48,824 nucleotides of DNA from an uncultured Flavobacteriales bacterium. GTDB lineage: Bacteria; Bacteroidota; Bacteroidia; Flavobacteriales_H; CAZUDW01. The notes under the pieces were generated by a model that worked only from the letters and a program-made list of their open reading frames with translations, was not told the origin of the DNA and did no database searches. Each line of letters opens with the position of its first letter. The stretch's first letter is position 1. The DNA is taken from the NCBI GenBank assembly GCA_964619305.1, contig CAZUDW010000006.1:1-48824 (forward strand). Reading direction: 5' to 3'. A program made the position numbers and the translations under genes. Below, in pieces: positions 46,618-48,824 of the stretch.

Positions 46618-48408
46618 TTAATATTCAATATCGAGATTTAATTTTTCAGCAAGTGAAAGAACAGCCGGATTTTTCTCTGCAAGACGTTGGAATTTCTCCT
46701 TGCCGGTGTATAATAATGGAGCATCTGTTTTTTGGGTAACAGAAACCGTTAATGAAATATGATCATTTTGCAGTTTGTTTCTCAGAAATTCAAGTATCTC
46801 CAATTTTTCAGAACGAATAGCTTCGTCCTGTGCTGCATTATCCACAATAAATTCAATTTCATTATCATCTCTTAATATGGGCTCTCTTCTTTTTAATGTG
46901 ATGAAAATATTGTTCTTTTCTTTGTATAGCTCTGTACACTCTTTCCAGGCATTCAGTAATTGTTGTAACGTAAATGTTTCATTTAGTTTCTTTTGTTGAT
47001 GATGTGATGAGGTTTCATCTACTTCAACTGTTTCTTCAACTGCTGTTTCACTGAGATATTGACTGATCGACAATGTAGAAGGCCTGGTTTTTACCATTTG
47101 AGTACCATGGAATTCTTTATTCCCGGGTTCCTTACTAAGTGATTCTTGTGTGACCTCTTCATTTTTACCGGATTTCTGTGCAGGTCTTAGGTGCTTGTCA
47201 ACAGTTTCTTGTCTTGCAGCAGGAATTTGCTTTGGGTCATCTGTCTTATAAGTGTTTTCTTCATTATCCTGCAGCAATTTATTTCCAATACCAGGCCCTG
47301 ATTCATTTCTCTTATCAAAATTATCGGGAATTTCAGGCGTTTTTTTTTGCTCTCCTATTTCTAAAGAGCATAATTTAATCAGGCTTAGTTCAACCAATAA
47401 TCTTTGGTTTTTGCTGTTACGGTATTGTGTGTCGGTTTCTGCGGTTATCTCAAGACAACGCAGGATGAAATTTTCACTACATTTGGAAGATTGTTCTATA
47501 TATTTCTGCTTAACAGAATCGGTTACTTCGAGCAACAACCTTGTTCCGGGAGATTTGCTTACCAACAAACTTCTGAAATGATCAGCAAGCCCATTGATTA
47601 AATGGTGTCCGTCAAATCCTCTTTTTAAAATATCATTAAACAATATGAGGGATTCTCCAATGTTTCCCTGAATTATCAGACTTGTTATATTAAAATAATA
47701 TTCATAATCAAGAATACTCAGGTTTTCTATTACGGATTTGTATGTCAATTGATTTCCCGAAAAACTCACCAACTGATCAAATAAAGATAATGCATCCCTC
47801 AAAGCGCCATCAGCTTTTATTGCGATGATATTAAGTGCTTCATCATCAGTTGAAATGTTTTCTTTTATTGCAATTTCTTTAAGATGTTTTTCAATATCCT
47901 CAACACTGATCCGGTTAAAATCAAATATCTGGCATCTTGAAAGGATGGTTGGAAGAATTTTATACTTTTCGGTGGTGGCGAGAATAAAAATTGCATGTTT
48001 TGGAGGCTCTTCCAGGGTTTTTAAAAATGCATTGAAAGCAGCAGAAGACAGCATGTGTACTTCATCTATTATATATACTTTGTAATTACCGGTTTGAGGA
48101 GGCACTCTTACCTGATCAATCAATCCGCGAATGTCTTCAACGGAATTGTTAGATGCGGCATCAAGCTCAAAGATGTTGAAATCGTAATTGGAATCAGCAT
48201 TTTTTCCCGAATCAAAATTGACTTGTTTCGCAAAGATCCTGGCACAGGTTGTTTTCCCCACTCCTCTTGGGCCGCAAAAAAGATATGCATGCGCAATGTG
48301 TTCCTGTTTGATCGCATTGTCAAGAGTGGTTGTTACGGCATCCTGCCCTACAACATCCTCAAAACGGGAAGGACGATATTTGCGTGCTGAAACCTGGTAC
48401 TGCTCCAT
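46618..48408 (-). CDS. dnaX: DNA polymerase III subunit tau/gamma
   Basis: AAA+ clamp-loader motifs (YLFCGPRGVGKTT, VYIIDEVHMLS, SRCQIFDF sensor region), followed by a low-complexity linker and a C-terminal tau-specific region. Confidence 0.95.
   Translation of the reverse strand: MEQYQVSARKYRPSRFEDVVGQDAVTTTLDNAIKQEHIAHAYLFCGPRGVGKTTCARIFAKQVNFDSGKNADSNYDFNIFELDAASNNSVEDIRGLIDQVRVPPQTGNYKVYIIDEVHMLSSAAFNAFLKTLEEPPKHAIFILATTEKYKILPTILSRCQIFDFNRISVEDIEKHLKEIAIKENISTDDEALNIIAIKADGALRDALSLFDQLVSFSGNQLTYKSVIENLSILDYEYYFNITSLIIQGNIGESLILFNDILKRGFDGHHLINGLADHFRSLLVSKSPGTRLLLEVTDSVKQKYIEQSSKCSENFILRCLEITAETDTQYRNSKNQRLLVELSLIKLCSLEIGEQKKTPEIPDNFDKRNESGPGIGNKLLQDNEENTYKTDDPKQIPAARQETVDKHLRPAQKSGKNEEVTQESLSKEPGNKEFHGTQMVKTRPSTLSISQYLSETAVEETVEVDETSSHHQQKKLNETFTLQQLLNAWKECTELYKEKNNIFITLKRREPILRDDNEIEFIVDNAAQDEAIRSEKLEILEFLRNKLQNDHISLTVSVTQKTDAPLLYTGKEKFQRLAEKNPAVLSLAEKLNLDIEY
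47333..47348 (-). promoter_or_regulatory. Candidate recoding site in dnaX: A9 slippery run with a -1-frame TGA two codons downstream
   Basis: The minus strand reads GAG CAA AAA AAA ACG CCT GAA (Q354 K355 K356 T357). The A9 run occupies 47348-47340. After a -1 shift, or one extra A in the mRNA, the frame reads AAC GCC TGA, with the stop at 47335-47333. The site lies right after the clamp-loader core. Confidence 0.5.
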
Positions 48409-48443
48409 CTTGTCAGGGAATTTTTAAGATAATAAAGAGATAA

Positions 48444-48451
48444 CAAATTTA
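48444..48451 (-). promoter_or_regulatory. Bacteroidota -7 box (TAnnTTTG) upstream of dnaX
   Basis: The minus strand reads TAAATTTG, 36 nt upstream of the ATG at 48408. Confidence 0.4.
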
Positions 48452-48824
48452 ATGACATTTTCGAAATGTAAACAAAATTGGTAAATAAAATTATTAACAC
48501 CGGTAAATATACTTGTGTTCACAATGAGCGGTTTTATCTGCTTCATCACCAACAAGGTGGTGAAACCAAACATCTGCTAATGTGAATCCGATATTAAAAT
48601 TGATAAAATATTTTAGTCTGAGTGAAGAGAAAAGAAATCAATAGAATGAGCAGCATTCCAAAACAAGCCCTTTAATAATAATGTTGATATTTTCATAATG
48701 GTATATCGAAAATATTTCTTTGAAATTGTTCAAAGTCCCCTGTTGGACAAAAGCCAATAGCTTCTTATACAATTTGAATTGCCTTCTGCCCAATCATGCG
48801 ATCACGCATTGCGCCAGGTCGCTC

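Noticed and set aside
48409-48824. Possible 3' end of a minus-strand gene running off the right edge (..ERPGAMRDRMIGQKAIQIV*, stop at 48765-48767), and short ORF fragments at 48520-48760.
   Set aside because: Only 19 codons are visible and no family can be recognised. The remaining fragments are under 45 codons, lack start codons and show no motifs. This is too little evidence to annotate.
1-48824. CRISPR arrays, rRNA genes, tRNA genes, prophage or defence-system gene sets.
   Set aside because: No regularly spaced direct repeats, no rRNA or tRNA signatures, and no cas, restriction, toxin-antitoxin or phage structural gene motifs were seen in any frame.

Overview
This is a 48.8-kb AT-rich chromosomal window that reads as Bacteroidota. 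The evidence is several type IX secretion (T9SS) C-terminal sorting domains, repeated TAnnTTTG -7 promoter boxes, a ~287-aa primary sigma factor, and the purH-mreB-mreC-mreD-mrdA-rodA gene order. All protein calls come from reading motifs in the supplied translations; no database search was possible.

Gene content, left to right:
- A GC-rich, hairpin-dense non-coding island at the left edge, probably a structured RNA or riboswitch-like leader of unresolved class.
- Two T9SS cargo genes: a PKD-domain protein and an 1188-aa LTD-CotH protein.
- The cell-shape/elongasome operon with purH.
- Two small secreted proteins.
- A DsbD-type disulfide reductase with a tandemly duplicated N-terminal domain, then gmhA and yifB/comM.
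- A ~0.7-kb gene-decay zone, followed by a YD-repeat-like protein.
- tsaB fused to a TolC/HlyD-adaptor pair that has no pump gene in the window.
- A putative arginine decarboxylase-agmatinase-deoxyhypusine-synthase-like (homospermidine) polyamine operon.
- A partial beta-propeller protein, a membrane metallophosphoesterase, and rpoD.
- A four-gene envelope block: a PorV/PorQ-like barrel translationally coupled to a large barrel with a degenerate ComEA-type HhH domain, a small basic-loop OMP, and an HExxH protein.
- An SdpI-like membrane protein and a TPR-SpoIIE phosphatase.
- S46 and M16 peptidases and a GEVED/T9SS protein.
- dnaX.

Two decayed IS5-family relics share a 75-nt identical left end in inverted orientation and bracket ~11.4 kb (25.3-36.7 kb).

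The observations most worth follow-up are:
- the unclassified structured RNA at 125-410;
- the PorQ-like/HhH-barrel module;
- an A9 slippery tract in dnaX with a -1-frame stop two codons downstream (candidate tau/gamma recoding);
- the inverted IS relic pair;
- the polyamine operon with a 3-codon uORF overlapping its start.

No CRISPR array, rRNA or tRNA gene was found.
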